DNA of 64,000 nucleotides from Escherichia coli (GTDB lineage Bacteria; Pseudomonadota; Gammaproteobacteria; Enterobacterales; Enterobacteriaceae): NCBI RefSeq assembly GCF_016026235.1, contig NZ_CP065613.1; one strand, 5' to 3'. Shown piece by piece: positions 41,181 to 51,615 of this stretch (position 1 is its first letter; each line of letters starts with the position of its first letter). The notes under the pieces were generated by a model. It saw only the letters and a program-made list of their open reading frames with translations, ran no database searches and was not told where the DNA came from. The position numbers and the translations under genes were made by a program.

Positions 41181-42469
41181 GCTTCCGGCTCCCGCTGTTT
41201 TTCTCGCAGCACCCGGTCATAGACCTGGGCATAAACTTCATTGAACAGCATTTCAAATCCTTGCTGTCGGCTGGAGGCCAGCTCATCGTAATAGTTGCTG
41301 TACATCTGCCATGCCCAGGCGTCGTCCATTTTCTGGCGCAGTTCATGGCTGCGGCGGTATTGCGCAAAGCGGCGCATCAGGTTGCCCGGCGAGAAGGCCT
41401 CCAGCATGACACGCAACGCTTCCACAATCGCCGCCCGGTTAGCCTCTTCATGATGCCGGATGTTGCGCAGGCTTTCGCCGATGGCCGCGGGTGCTGCGAG
41501 ATGTACCGGACTTTTACCCTCAGCGAACATGACGTTCAGCGCAGTGGCGTAGTCCATATCAAGGCGAAGCGGGTTGTCTTCCAGTGGACGCAGGTGTTTA
41601 TCCGACAGGCTGTTCTGTTGTTGTTGCAGGCTCAGCAATCCCTTAATGGCAGCCTGCAACGCCCGTCCGGCCTCTTCGAGAAACTCATCCGCATCCTGAG
41701 AATCGTGCAGCGTCAGCGGGCACTCCATACCGCGCAGCAGCGGGGTCACGGCCAGGTGGTACTGCGCCATGGCAGAAAATTCATCGTCGTCCTCATAACG
41801 GGCATTGCCGGGCGGCAGATCCATAAACGGCGTATTGATCCCGTTTGCACCTGTCAGTTCGGAGGCGGGGGCGACGGGCCGGGAAACGCGTGGTGCGATC
41901 GGATCATCTGCCACCATCAGGCTTTCCGTCTGGAGTGCCTGGAGCGGATCGCTGGAAAAACCGTGCGCCACCGTGGGGGCAAGCTGATGCTGGAACGGCA
42001 TTCCCGGATAGGACGGTTGTCCCTCGGTGGTCAGCAGGGTGTCCGCCAGACTGTCGCGGTTCATCACAATCGTTTCCGGGGTTGCCATCCGCTCGTCGTA
42101 GGTGACAGCCGCGCCGTCATGCAGAAACGCTTTCAACGCCAGTGCACCGAGCTGGATCTCATCCCCTTGGCGCAGGCGGATGAGCGCATCGGAAGAAACC
42201 GGGGCCAGATTAATCATCAGTCCCGGCGTCAGGCACCGCAGGCAATAGGCTCCGTCGTGCCGGATAACGGTACAGGCACGCGCAGCAATGCTTCCCGCCC
42301 GATCCTGTACCTGCCAGTGACATTCCGGCGTATGACCAATATCACCGCCGTTTTCGCTGAACAGGCATTTTGCGGCGCGTCCGCTTTCCAGTTCGTTGCC
42401 ATTCATCACCTGTAAAGTCAGTGAGGCCTGGCGGGATTGCTGTTTTTCCTCAGCCATAAGTGGTTCCAT
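41177..42469 (-). CDS. tagH: FHA-domain protein (TagH/VasC-like)
   Basis: ORF 41177..42619; probable start MEPLMAEEKQQ; FHA-like N-terminal region; position between tssG and tssJ. Confidence 0.6.
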   Translation of the reverse strand: MEPLMAEEKQQSRQASLTLQVMNGNELESGRAAKCLFSENGGDIGHTPECHWQVQDRAGSIAARACTVIRHDGAYCLRCLTPGLMINLAPVSSDALIRLRQGDEIQLGALALKAFLHDGAAVTYDERMATPETIVMNRDSLADTLLTTEGQPSYPGMPFQHQLAPTVAHGFSSDPLQALQTESLMVADDPIAPRVSRPVAPASELTGANGINTPFMDLPPGNARYEDDDEFSAMAQYHLAVTPLLRGMECPLTLHDSQDADEFLEEAGRALQAAIKGLLSLQQQQNSLSDKHLRPLEDNPLRLDMDYATALNVMFAEGKSPVHLAAPAAIGESLRNIRHHEEANRAAIVEALRVMLEAFSPGNLMRRFAQYRRSHELRQKMDDAWAWQMYSNYYDELASSRQQGFEMLFNEVYAQVYDRVLREKQREPEA

Positions 42470-42473
42470 AGAA

Positions 42474-43523
42474 TTATTCCCTGATTCGGATGGTGATGGC
42501 GGGCGGTACTTTCGGCTGACCAATAAAGCTGGTTCTACCGAGGCGGGAGCTGGCCGGATCGCCAAGGCGCATCCCTTTAGCCTGCTGTGGTGCCAGGCAC
42601 AGCCGTAAATCCCAAGCAAACTGGTCGCGCAGAATAAAGGAAAGGAACATGGTCAGAGGCAGGTGATTTTCGCCATCGGGTAAAAATGAGAGATAACGCT
42701 CCCGCGACAGGTTGCCAATCTGCAACAGAAATTTTCCGCTGCGATCCGGCACCCGTGCGCCGAGGGTAAAATTAACGCCAAGTATGGAGCGTCCCGGAAT
42801 ATGTCCAGCCGTTTTTCCTTTCGGATTACGTACACCAAGCCGGTTCTGGTGTGCCGGATCAATGGCGACTTTACGCAGTTGCCAGCGTTCAATGGTGACA
42901 TCCGGCAAATCAAAACAGTGCGACACCAGATTACAGATAACCTCCGGCGCGCGGCCTGGTGTTGCCAGAATTCCGGCGTAAGCCAGCATTTTGCTGTGGT
43001 TAATGGCAAGCCTGTCGCGCACGCTCTGATTACCCAGCCCGACCAGCGCGTACATGCGCTGTGAAAAGGTGTCAGTGCCGCCATTACGAAAGCAGATGTA
43101 GTAGCGGTATTTGCGCCAGGCATGATAGGCAAACTGTGTCCAGCGGTGGCTGAACAGATCGAGAAATTCTTTAAGGCCGTCTTCGTTCTGTGCGGACTCC
43201 TGCGCCATCTGATCCAGATAATAGCCCGGTAGCGGCGACTGGCTGCCGGAAAAACCAAGGAACCGGGTTTGCAGTACATACTGTCCGTTCTGGCTACGGG
43301 AAAGCGCACTCAGGTCCGTACCCGGAAAACCGATACTGGCGTCAGAGCTGAAACGCACGATCTCCCGGGCAGGCTCGGTACGCAGGGAAATATCCTGGCC
43401 CGGAGCGCCATACCGACGGTACAGCGCCTCCATCAGCACATAGAAATTGCAGTTGCGCACATCCGCCGATAACGGCGGTTTTACCGCTATATAAGGGCGT
43501 GCTGACCCATTTTCTCCTGCCAT
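42474..43523 (-). CDS. tssG: T6SS baseplate protein TssG
   Basis: 349 aa; follows tssF. Confidence 0.8.
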   Translation of the reverse strand: MAGENGSARPYIAVKPPLSADVRNCNFYVLMEALYRRYGAPGQDISLRTEPAREIVRFSSDASIGFPGTDLSALSRSQNGQYVLQTRFLGFSGSQSPLPGYYLDQMAQESAQNEDGLKEFLDLFSHRWTQFAYHAWRKYRYYICFRNGGTDTFSQRMYALVGLGNQSVRDRLAINHSKMLAYAGILATPGRAPEVICNLVSHCFDLPDVTIERWQLRKVAIDPAHQNRLGVRNPKGKTAGHIPGRSILGVNFTLGARVPDRSGKFLLQIGNLSRERYLSFLPDGENHLPLTMFLSFILRDQFAWDLRLCLAPQQAKGMRLGDPASSRLGRTSFIGQPKVPPAITIRIRE

Positions 43524-43936
43524 TCCCAGGCCTCCTGACTTTCCGTGTTGATAATTTTCAGACAGTGGTACGAATTGATGCTGGCGTAGAGAGCAAAAAA
43601 GTGCGAGAGCACTGTACCAAGAAGATAAATTTCACCTTCGCAGATAAATGGATCGGGACGTATCCACAGCGTGGTCGCCAGCCCGCGAACCGGCACGCCT
43701 TTAAACAACCTGTCAACAGGTTTGGTTTCGAGTTTTTCTATGGCATCCAGTTTCTGGCGCGACAGTCTGGCCCGCTGCGGATGGTGAGCGCCTGGCAGGT
43801 CGAAGGTCCGCAGGATCTGGATCAGTGTCTCCCTGTCCAGCAGGGAGAGGTAGTTCAGGTTCATCGCGGAAATCAGCGACCAGTGCATGTCAGCCGTCCG
43901 TGACTGGCCAGAGCGGCTGCGTTGGGCGTGTGACAT
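43487..43936 (-). CDS. tssF: probable TssF C-terminal segment in a different frame
   Basis: 149 aa ORF overlapping the end of the upstream tssF ORF by 47 nt and the start of tssG; combined length (~620 aa) matches full-length TssF. Confidence 0.5.
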   Translation of the reverse strand: MSHAQRSRSGQSRTADMHWSLISAMNLNYLSLLDRETLIQILRTFDLPGAHHPQRARLSRQKLDAIEKLETKPVDRLFKGVPVRGLATTLWIRPDPFICEGEIYLLGTVLSHFFALYASINSYHCLKIINTESQEAWEWQEKMGQHALI

Positions 43937-45347
43937 TATGAAATGAGGCCACCGCCGGGTTTTTGTTGACGGCCACGCAGATATCGCCGATATGCAGCCG
44001 AGCAGGGATCATACGGTTGGTACAGATTAATGACGTGGTGATCACATCATCATTAAACCGTGAGCTGTCCGGAATGCTGCCGTCCGCATGGACAAAGGCG
44101 ATACTATGTTCAAGCCCGCGGTGAAACAGGGATGTTTTAGTCCGGTGATGCCAGTAGACGACTTCCCGCTGGCGGCTGTACTCCATCTGGTGCTGGAAAC
44201 TTTCAAATTCGGGCCAGACACGCGCCTGGCTGCCAGGGTTGGATTCAGTACCTGAAACTTTGACTTTGCTGGTGACTGTGCTTATCTGAAAAATGTCATA
44301 AGCGTCGGGATGCCGGTGGCTGGCGCGCAGCGGGTATTCCGCTATCCGTCCATCAGGCCTGACGGGTTCCGCATAATGCGTAAACAGGTTAATGGCTGGC
44401 GTACAGTGCAGACGCAGTGAGTCCTGGCGTAGCTTGATGTCGGCAGGTAACGGGCGGTTAAAGTGCAGGCGCAGCGTAAACGCGCTGACCGAGAAATCGT
44501 CCGGTAGTGGCGCAACATCGCGCAGATGGAAAAAAAAGAAGGCTTCGGGATAGCAGAAATACTCCTGGAGTACCCGATAGCCGCTGTGGACATTTTTCGG
44601 CCACGGTAGCAGGGCGTCCTGGTTTTCAAATCCGGCGGCCTCCAGCCACAGATCCGGCAGCGGCAGGCGGTACTCTCCGGCAATCAGTTCCGCATCCATC
44701 AGGCATTCGCAAAACCACAGATAAAGCTGGTGTCGGGTATAATCGTCTTCATTACCCAGCCAGAACGTTATTTTGTTCAGGTCAAGCATGGCGGGGGAGA
44801 CATTGTTATCTGCGGTAAAACTGATATCTATGATGCCTTCTTTCAGGCTGCTGGCGTTGCGGGTGTCGAGAATGCGCAGTGGTTGCAGCCAGATATCGCG
44901 CGCCAGCGTGAAATGACAGGCTACGGAAGAAACGATTTTATCATGATTGTCAGACAGCACCTTCTGAGCAGCCAGGGCGGACTTTTCTGAGCGGCTTCTG
45001 ATCAGTTCATTACGGCAGACTTGAACAGGGACTTTTAACTGATCGGTTTTGGGTTCATAGGCAATAACCGTCATGGCCGGAACTGGGCGTAAATAGTTTG
45101 CCCACAGCATACGGATTAGCCCATGGGTGAATTCGGGGAATTCGTCCTCAAGTTTCTGACGCAGGCTACCGGACATAAAGGCAAAGGCTTCCATCAGGCG
45201 CTCCACGTCCGGATCACCCTCTTTCTCGGCCAGAAAGTGGGCCAGATGTGGTTTTTCCTGCGCCAGCAGTTTGCCAAGCTGGCGAAGATAATCCAGCTCT
45301 TCGCGGTAGTAACGTTCTTCAAAAGCCACAGAGATCACTCCACACAA
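43890..45347 (-). CDS. tssF: T6SS baseplate protein TssF, N-terminal ~485 aa segment (gene appears split)
   Basis: TssF-like N-terminus (FEERYYREELDYLR...DPDVERLMEAFAFMSG); ORF ends at 43890, about 130 aa short of typical TssF length. Confidence 0.75.
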   Translation of the reverse strand: MCGVISVAFEERYYREELDYLRQLGKLLAQEKPHLAHFLAEKEGDPDVERLMEAFAFMSGSLRQKLEDEFPEFTHGLIRMLWANYLRPVPAMTVIAYEPKTDQLKVPVQVCRNELIRSRSEKSALAAQKVLSDNHDKIVSSVACHFTLARDIWLQPLRILDTRNASSLKEGIIDISFTADNNVSPAMLDLNKITFWLGNEDDYTRHQLYLWFCECLMDAELIAGEYRLPLPDLWLEAAGFENQDALLPWPKNVHSGYRVLQEYFCYPEAFFFFHLRDVAPLPDDFSVSAFTLRLHFNRPLPADIKLRQDSLRLHCTPAINLFTHYAEPVRPDGRIAEYPLRASHRHPDAYDIFQISTVTSKVKVSGTESNPGSQARVWPEFESFQHQMEYSRQREVVYWHHRTKTSLFHRGLEHSIAFVHADGSIPDSSRFNDDVITTSLICTNRMIPARLHIGDICVAVNKNPAVASFHNVTRPTQPLWPVTDG

Positions 45348-45760
45348 TAGCGTTGATGATTGTCCAGCAAAATGTCAAATTCAAACACTCCCCAGGTTTC
45401 GCTGACATCGACCGTAGCCACAATATGAAAACGTAGTTCCACAGGGGCGTATTCATCCGGTGCCGCAGCCGTAACAACAACATCGGTAATACGAGGTTCG
45501 TAATGTAAAATGCACTGGCTAATGGACTTACGGATTTCTCGTCTGAAATCGCTGGAGGCCAGCGATTCATCATTTAAATCAGTAATCCCCAGCTCTGGTG
45601 AGCCATAACAACTGCCGGAGCGGGTATTCAGGACCTGTTGCAGGTTACGTCTGATGGAACGTATCAGTGCTTCTTTTGGATTCTGGTATGAAGGCGGGTT
45701 GGCCGCCTCACGGATACGTTCAAAAAGACTGCTGGTTGGCCCTGAATCCCGTCTTTGCAT
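45335..45760 (-). CDS. tssE: T6SS baseplate protein TssE (gp25-like)
   Basis: 141 aa; between tssC and tssF. Confidence 0.85.
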   Translation of the reverse strand: MQRRDSGPTSSLFERIREAANPPSYQNPKEALIRSIRRNLQQVLNTRSGSCYGSPELGITDLNDESLASSDFRREIRKSISQCILHYEPRITDVVVTAAAPDEYAPVELRFHIVATVDVSETWGVFEFDILLDNHQRYCVE

Positions 45761-45764
45761 CTGA

Positions 45765-47249
45765 TTATTCCTTATCCAGTCGTCCGACCAGACTCAGGTC
45801 GAAACTGGCACCCATGTATTTAAAATGCGGTCTGACAGAAATCGCGACCTGGTACCAGCCTGGCTCACCATCCACATCAAGTACCTCGATCTTCGCCTGA
45901 CGTAATGGCCGGTGGCTGCGGACTTCGGCAGGCGGATTCTCCTGGTCGGCCACATACTGGCGAATCCAGGTGTTCAGCTCGCGCTCCAGGTCACTGCGTT
46001 CTTTCCATGAGCCAAGCTGTTCGCGCTGAATTACCTTGATGTAATGCGCTAACCTACTGATAACAAATAAGTATGGCAGCTGGGTGCCGAGTTTATAGTT
46101 GGTCTCCGCAGCCTTGCCTTCGGGGGTTTTGGGGAATGTTTTGGGTTTCTGCACCGAGTTGGCCGAGAAAAAGCACGCATTATCAGACCCTTTACGCATG
46201 GTCAGTGTGATAAAGCCTTCTTCCGCCAGCTCATACTCTCTCCGGTCAGTGATCAACACTTCAGTCGGAATTTTTGCCTGCATTTGCCCCATGGATTCAT
46301 ACAGATGCACCGGGAGGTCTTTGACTGCGCCGCCGCTGGAAGGGCCAATGATATTGGGACACCAGCGATATTTAGCAAAACTTTCAGCCAGGTTCGCAGC
46401 TAGTAAAAACGAGGTGTTCCCCCACAAATAAGACTCGTGACTCTGGCTGACGTCTTCATGGTAACGGAAGGTCCTGGCTGGGTTCTCATCCGGCGAGTAA
46501 GGGTGACGCAGCAGGAACCGGGGGGCGGTCAGCCCCAGGTAGCGTGAATCTTCTGATTCACGCAAGGCACGCCAGCGGGAATAGGCCGGGCCTTCAAAGA
46601 TGGCTCCTGGTTCTTTAATCCCCGGTAACTCTGTCCATGAGTCCAGACCGAAAAATTCGGATGATACTGATGAGAGGAACGGGCTGTGCGCCATCGCACT
46701 GACCTGGCTGATATATTTCAGCAACTTCATATCCGGCGTGGTGTTCTTAAAGGCAAAGTTGCCGATTACCGCCGCCACTGGCTCACCGCCAAATTGTCCG
46801 TAACCGCTTGAATATACATGTTTGTAATATGCAGACTGCGTGATTTCAGGTGCAAATTCGAAATCATCCAGCAGTTCTTCCTGAGTGACATTCAGGAAAT
46901 GGACCTTGATGTTTTCCCGTGTATCCGCGCGTTCAACCAGCAGCTTCAGCGAGCGCAGCAGGGATTCCAGTTCCTGAAACTCCGGGGCGTGAATAATGGC
47001 ATCCATCTGCCTGCTGGTTCGGGCATCAATATCAGCAATCATGGCGTCAACGGCCAGGATATTGATAGGTTCAGCGCTACTGTCACCCTGTAACATGGCG
47101 GCAATAAAGGCGCTCACGCCCTGGCGGGTGATATCGTAGCTTTCTGATTTAGGCTGGACGCGTGTTTGCGCCATGATTTCATCAAGCAGAGATGGGGGCG
47201 CGGCGGTTTGCGACGCGCTGACGGGAGCAATATCTTCCTTTACTGACAT
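45765..47249 (-). CDS. tssC: T6SS contractile sheath large subunit TssC
   Basis: 494 aa; size and position after tssB. Confidence 0.9.
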   Translation of the reverse strand: MSVKEDIAPVSASQTAAPPSLLDEIMAQTRVQPKSESYDITRQGVSAFIAAMLQGDSSAEPINILAVDAMIADIDARTSRQMDAIIHAPEFQELESLLRSLKLLVERADTRENIKVHFLNVTQEELLDDFEFAPEITQSAYYKHVYSSGYGQFGGEPVAAVIGNFAFKNTTPDMKLLKYISQVSAMAHSPFLSSVSSEFFGLDSWTELPGIKEPGAIFEGPAYSRWRALRESEDSRYLGLTAPRFLLRHPYSPDENPARTFRYHEDVSQSHESYLWGNTSFLLAANLAESFAKYRWCPNIIGPSSGGAVKDLPVHLYESMGQMQAKIPTEVLITDRREYELAEEGFITLTMRKGSDNACFFSANSVQKPKTFPKTPEGKAAETNYKLGTQLPYLFVISRLAHYIKVIQREQLGSWKERSDLERELNTWIRQYVADQENPPAEVRSHRPLRQAKIEVLDVDGEPGWYQVAISVRPHFKYMGASFDLSLVGRLDKE

Positions 47250-47271
47250 ACTGAAAATCCTTCTGTGAAAA

Positions 47272-47775
47272 TTATTTCTGAACGGCGATACCCAGTTCTT
47301 GGATCAGCTGCTCGCGGCTGTCTTCGTTTTCCAGTAGCGCCTGAAGTTGTGCGCGGAAGGCCGGAATATTGCCTAGTGGAGACTTAAGTGCGACCAGAGC
47401 TTCACGCAATTCGAGAAGACGTTTTATTTCTGGTACCTGGCTGGCAATATGGTCCGGAGAAAGGTCATCCATAGATTTGACTTTCAGGTTGACGTACATT
47501 TGCTCATTGGGAGCGTCACTGAGTTCAGCCGGAACAACAAACTCCCGTTCAATGTCAGCTTCTGAAATGACTGCGTTGAGGTTATAGCGGTTGATAGCAA
47601 TGGCAGTTCGCTCGTCCAACGGCGTGTTATCTGGTTTCCCTTTCAGATTGCCGGTGATCAATAAATTCAGCGGCAATTCGATATCAGCAGCCACCCCATC
47701 AACTTTTGGTGTATACCGAACGCTGATTCTTTCTTTCGGCGCGACACTGCCGCCATTGTTGTTCATTTTGCTCAT
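47272..47775 (-). CDS. tssB: T6SS contractile sheath small subunit TssB
   Basis: 167 aa; first gene of the minus-strand operon. Confidence 0.9.
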   Translation of the reverse strand: MSKMNNNGGSVAPKERISVRYTPKVDGVAADIELPLNLLITGNLKGKPDNTPLDERTAIAINRYNLNAVISEADIEREFVVPAELSDAPNEQMYVNLKVKSMDDLSPDHIASQVPEIKRLLELREALVALKSPLGNIPAFRAQLQALLENEDSREQLIQELGIAVQK

Positions 47776-48476
47776 AAAAATGTTCCCGTTCAGGCCATGA
47801 GCACAGCATTTTCGTACTGCATAAAAATACCGAAGATACCGTTTCAGTGGCAGTTAGATAATGTAACCTTCCTTCTGTTGTGATCAGTATTCTACTCATG
47901 AAATAAAATATTAAAAGAACTATTTATATTTTAGAAAGAGATGTATTCTTCCTTGCTAATATATTATAGTGAAATAAATTTTGGTATTTATAGACTTGGT
48001 GAATATGATTTTACGGTCAATAAAATACCATAATATATTGATTTATATGCATTTATTAAATTGATTAATAAGTTTTATGTATGGTTTTATCAATTAATTA
48101 ATTGCTAGCAATACATCATAAGGAATTCCTTTAAGGAATGTCTTAATTGCGTGCTGGAACGATGGCGGAGTAAGTGTCGTAATAATTTGTTTTTGACGCG
48201 GCTGTGGATTTTTATGGGGGGGAGATACGTTATGGATAATTGTGCTGTTGAAGTTGATATATTTTTAGCTTATGTGACCGTGTTCTGAAATTGACTAAAA
48301 ATATATTTAAACACCATAAAAGAGTTTTTCAGTAGGTGCTAATTACGTGTGCCTGTAACTCGAATAAAGAAAAGGGTGTGGTTCCTGATGTGAGCCGCAT
48401 CACACTCTAACCCGTCGGGGATTAACGACGGGTTGTTCGTAAAACAGCAGTTGATAATTTCACAAGGAGTTCATAA

Positions 48477-48995
48477 ATGCCAACCCCATGTTACATTTCA
48501 ATTACAGGTCAGACCCAGGGGAACATCACTGCCGGTGCTTTCACCGCAGATTCTGTCGGCAATATCTACGTGCAGGGACACGAAGATGAAATGCTGGTGC
48601 AGGAGTTTCTGCATAACGTTACTGTTCCAACCGATCCACAGTCTGGTCAACCTTCCGGGCAGCGCGCGCACAAACCGTTCATTTTCACCGTGGCGCTGAA
48701 CAAAGCCGTTCCGCTGCTGTACAACGCGCTGGCCTCCGGTGAAATGCTGCCGAAAGTGGAGCTGCACTGGTGGCGTACTTCAGTTGAAGGCAAGCAGGAG
48801 CACTACTTCACCACACGTCTTACTGACGCGACGATTGTGGACATGAACCTGCACATGCCGCACTGCCAGGACCCTGCACAGCGTGAGTTTACGCAATTGC
48901 TCGCAGTATCACTGGCATACCGTAAGGTTGAGTGGGAGCACATCAAATCCGGTACTTCTGGTGCCGATGACTGGCGTGCACCGCTGGAAGCATAA
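48477..48995 (+). CDS. hcp: T6SS Hcp (TssD), copy 2
   Basis: 172 aa Hcp-like protein directly upstream of vgrG, divergent from tssB. Confidence 0.85.
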   Translation: MPTPCYISITGQTQGNITAGAFTADSVGNIYVQGHEDEMLVQEFLHNVTVPTDPQSGQPSGQRAHKPFIFTVALNKAVPLLYNALASGEMLPKVELHWWRTSVEGKQEHYFTTRLTDATIVDMNLHMPHCQDPAQREFTQLLAVSLAYRKVEWEHIKSGTSGADDWRAPLEA

Positions 48996-49005
48996 ATCTG
49001 AGTCA

Positions 49006-49040
49006 ACAACATCCTGCCTTCGTGCAGGATGTTGTTTTTG
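49006..49040 (+). terminator. rho-independent terminator/attenuator between hcp and vgrG
   Basis: CAACATCCTGC-CTTCGTG-CAGGATGTTG hairpin followed by TTTTT. Confidence 0.7.
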
Positions 49041-49215
49041 TACGTGTAAAAAATGAGTGTCAGTAAGGAGTTACGCTTTCATGAGGGAGATGGCGGATGC
49101 CGGAAACCCGGGCGGTAGCGTACCTGAAAATGTAAAGATGAGTGTAACGCTGCACTGGCACCCTTTGCTGCATGGTGAGAATCATTTGGTCCGTGAATAA
49201 ATCAGGGAGGTCATT

Positions 49216-51615
49216 ATGTCCTTAAAAGGTCTGCGCTTTACGCTGGAGGCTGACGGCCAGGAGCCGGACACCTTTGCAGTGGTGAATTTCAGGTTAATCC
49301 AGAACCAGTCTTATCCGTTTGTGATGAGTGTGGATGTTGCCAGCGACTCTTTTATGCAGACGGCGGAGATGCTGCTGGAGAAGAAGGCGACGCTGACCAT
49401 CTGGCAGGGCGTCATCCCGCTGCGTTATGTTACCGGCGTGGTGGCGGGCTTTGGCATGCAGGAGAACAATGGCTGGCAGATGCGTTACCACCTGCGTATT
49501 GAGCCGCCGTTATGGCGGTGCGGGCTGCGGCAGAATTTCCGTATCTTCCAGCAGCAGGATATCCGGACGATATCGGCCACGTTACTGAACGAGAACGGCG
49601 TCACGGAGTGGACGCCGCTGTTTTATGAGGACCATCCGGCGCGGGAGTTCTGTGTGCAGTACGGGGAGTCGGACCTGGCGTTTCTGTCCCGGCTGTGGGC
49701 GGAGGAGGGAATTTTCTTCTTTGAGCGGTTTGCGGCGGACAGTCCGGAGCAGAAGCTGACGCTGTGCGACGATGTGGCGGGGCTGTCACAGGCGGGAGAG
49801 CTTCCGTTTAACCCGGACACATCGGCAGGAGCGGAGACAGAGTGTGTCAGTATGTTCCGTTATGAGGCGTATGTCCGCCCGTCGTCGGTGCAGAGCCAGG
49901 ATTACACGTTTAAGGTGCCGGACTGGCCGGGGATGTATGAGCAGCAGGGTGAGAACCTGAACGGACAGCTGGCGCAGTACGAGATATTTGATTATCCGGG
50001 AAGGTTCAAGGATGAGCAGCACGGCAAGGATTTCACGCTGTACCAGATGGAGAGCCTGCGCAGTGATGCGGAAAAGGCCACAGGGCAGAGTAATTCGCCG
50101 AGGCTGTGGCCGGGAACGCGGTTTACGCTGACGGGGCATCCGCAGAAGATGCTGAACCGTGAATGGCAGGTGGTACAGAGCATTCTGTCAGGAAACCAGC
50201 CGCAGGCGCTGCACGGCAGCCAGGGAAAGGGAACCACACTGGGAAATCAGTTAGAGGTGATACCGGCGGACCGGACGTGGCGTCCACGGCTGCAAAGCAA
50301 ACCGAAGGTGGACGGGCCACAGAGCGCCATTGTCACCGGGCCTGCGGGAGAGGAAATCTTCTGCGATGAACATGGCCGGGTACGGGTGAAGTTCCACTGG
50401 GACCGTTATCACGGGATGACGGAGGCGAGTTCATGCTGGGTGCGGGTATCGCAGGCGTGGGCGGGGCCGGGGTTTGGTAACCTGGCGATACCGCGGGTGG
50501 GCCAGGAGGTGATTGTTGATTTTCTGAACGGAGACCCGGACCAGCCGCTGGTCATGGGCCGGACGCACCATGAGGACAACCGTTCGCCGGGCGACCTGCC
50601 GGGAACGAAGACGCAGATGACCATCCGGTCGAAGACCTATAAAGGAAGCGGATTTAACGAACTGCGCTTCGAGGACGCCACCAGTAATGAGCAGGTGTAT
50701 ATCCATGCGCAGAAGAACATGGATACGGAGGTGCTCAACGACCGGACAACGGATGTGAAACATGACCATACGGAAACCATCGGTAACGACCAGAAGATAA
50801 CGGTGGTGAAGGGTCAGACGGTTCAGGTCGGTACAAAAAAAGAGGGGGGCCACGACCAGAGTATCACGGTGGCGAACGACCGGCGTATCACGGTACGTAA
50901 TGACCAGACTCTGAAGGTGACGAATGACCGGACGGTGAGCGTGAGTCACGATGACGGTCTGTACGTCAGAAACGACCGTAAAGTGACGGTGGAAGGGAAG
51001 CAGGAGCATAAGACGACGGGGAACCATATCAGTCTGGTGGAGGGGAAACACAGCCTGGTGGTGAAGGGGGACCTGGCGGAGAAGGTGAGTGGCGCGCTGG
51101 GGATAAAAGTGGACGGGGATATCGTGCTGGAGAGCAGCAGCCGGATAAGCCTGAAGGTGGGTGGCTCGTTTATCGTCATTCAGCCGGGCGGAGTGGATAT
51201 TGCCGGGCCGAAGATAAACCTGAACGGTGGGGGCAGTGCGGGGACACCGGTGGGGACGATGCAGCCGGCGGTGCTGGAGGCTCCGGAGGATGAGAGCAGT
51301 GATGATGGCAGTGATGACTCCGGAGAGGATAGTGGCAATCCCGCAGGGAGTGACGGAGGAGGTGATGGCGGTGACGATGAAGATGATCCTGAAAAATATA
51401 CCCTCCAGTTCCATTTTACGGACGATGACGGGATACCGTATTCAGAGACGCAGTATATTGCCTTTTTTGAGGATGGCACACAGACGCGTGGTGAAACAGA
51501 CAGAGAGGGATATACAGAAATATTTTATACAGATACAGCACAGGAAATTAAAGTCCAATTGTTATTTTCGGATGCTTTTTATATTGAGCCGGAGGGGCAT
51601 TATGGCAGGGAATAA
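49216..51615 (+). CDS. vgrG: T6SS spike protein VgrG with C-terminal extension (acidic linker plus ~70 aa C-terminal domain)
   Basis: 799 aa; gp27/gp5-like regions, beta-helix repeats (VTVRNDQTLKVTNDRTVSVSHDDGLYVRNDRKVTV), acidic SSDDGSDDSGEDSG linker, C-terminal domain ...EKYTLQFHFTDDDGIPYSETQYIAFFEDG... Confidence 0.9.
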   Translation: MSLKGLRFTLEADGQEPDTFAVVNFRLIQNQSYPFVMSVDVASDSFMQTAEMLLEKKATLTIWQGVIPLRYVTGVVAGFGMQENNGWQMRYHLRIEPPLWRCGLRQNFRIFQQQDIRTISATLLNENGVTEWTPLFYEDHPAREFCVQYGESDLAFLSRLWAEEGIFFFERFAADSPEQKLTLCDDVAGLSQAGELPFNPDTSAGAETECVSMFRYEAYVRPSSVQSQDYTFKVPDWPGMYEQQGENLNGQLAQYEIFDYPGRFKDEQHGKDFTLYQMESLRSDAEKATGQSNSPRLWPGTRFTLTGHPQKMLNREWQVVQSILSGNQPQALHGSQGKGTTLGNQLEVIPADRTWRPRLQSKPKVDGPQSAIVTGPAGEEIFCDEHGRVRVKFHWDRYHGMTEASSCWVRVSQAWAGPGFGNLAIPRVGQEVIVDFLNGDPDQPLVMGRTHHEDNRSPGDLPGTKTQMTIRSKTYKGSGFNELRFEDATSNEQVYIHAQKNMDTEVLNDRTTDVKHDHTETIGNDQKITVVKGQTVQVGTKKEGGHDQSITVANDRRITVRNDQTLKVTNDRTVSVSHDDGLYVRNDRKVTVEGKQEHKTTGNHISLVEGKHSLVVKGDLAEKVSGALGIKVDGDIVLESSSRISLKVGGSFIVIQPGGVDIAGPKINLNGGGSAGTPVGTMQPAVLEAPEDESSDDGSDDSGEDSGNPAGSDGGGDGGDDEDDPEKYTLQFHFTDDDGIPYSETQYIAFFEDGTQTRGETDREGYTEIFYTDTAQEIKVQLLFSDAFYIEPEGHYGRE

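Noticed and set aside
47776-48476. Sigma-54 promoter (TGGCAC-N5-TTGC) and a VasH-type activator as in V. cholerae
   Set aside because: No convincing -24/-12 element in the control region and no sigma-54 activator gene in the cluster.
51227-51601. ORF-track 5' extension of the HExxH gene (51227..52405) overlapping the vgrG 3' end
   Set aside because: The extension lies in an alternative frame of the vgrG coding region; the plausible start is ATG 51602, 14 nt before the vgrG stop.
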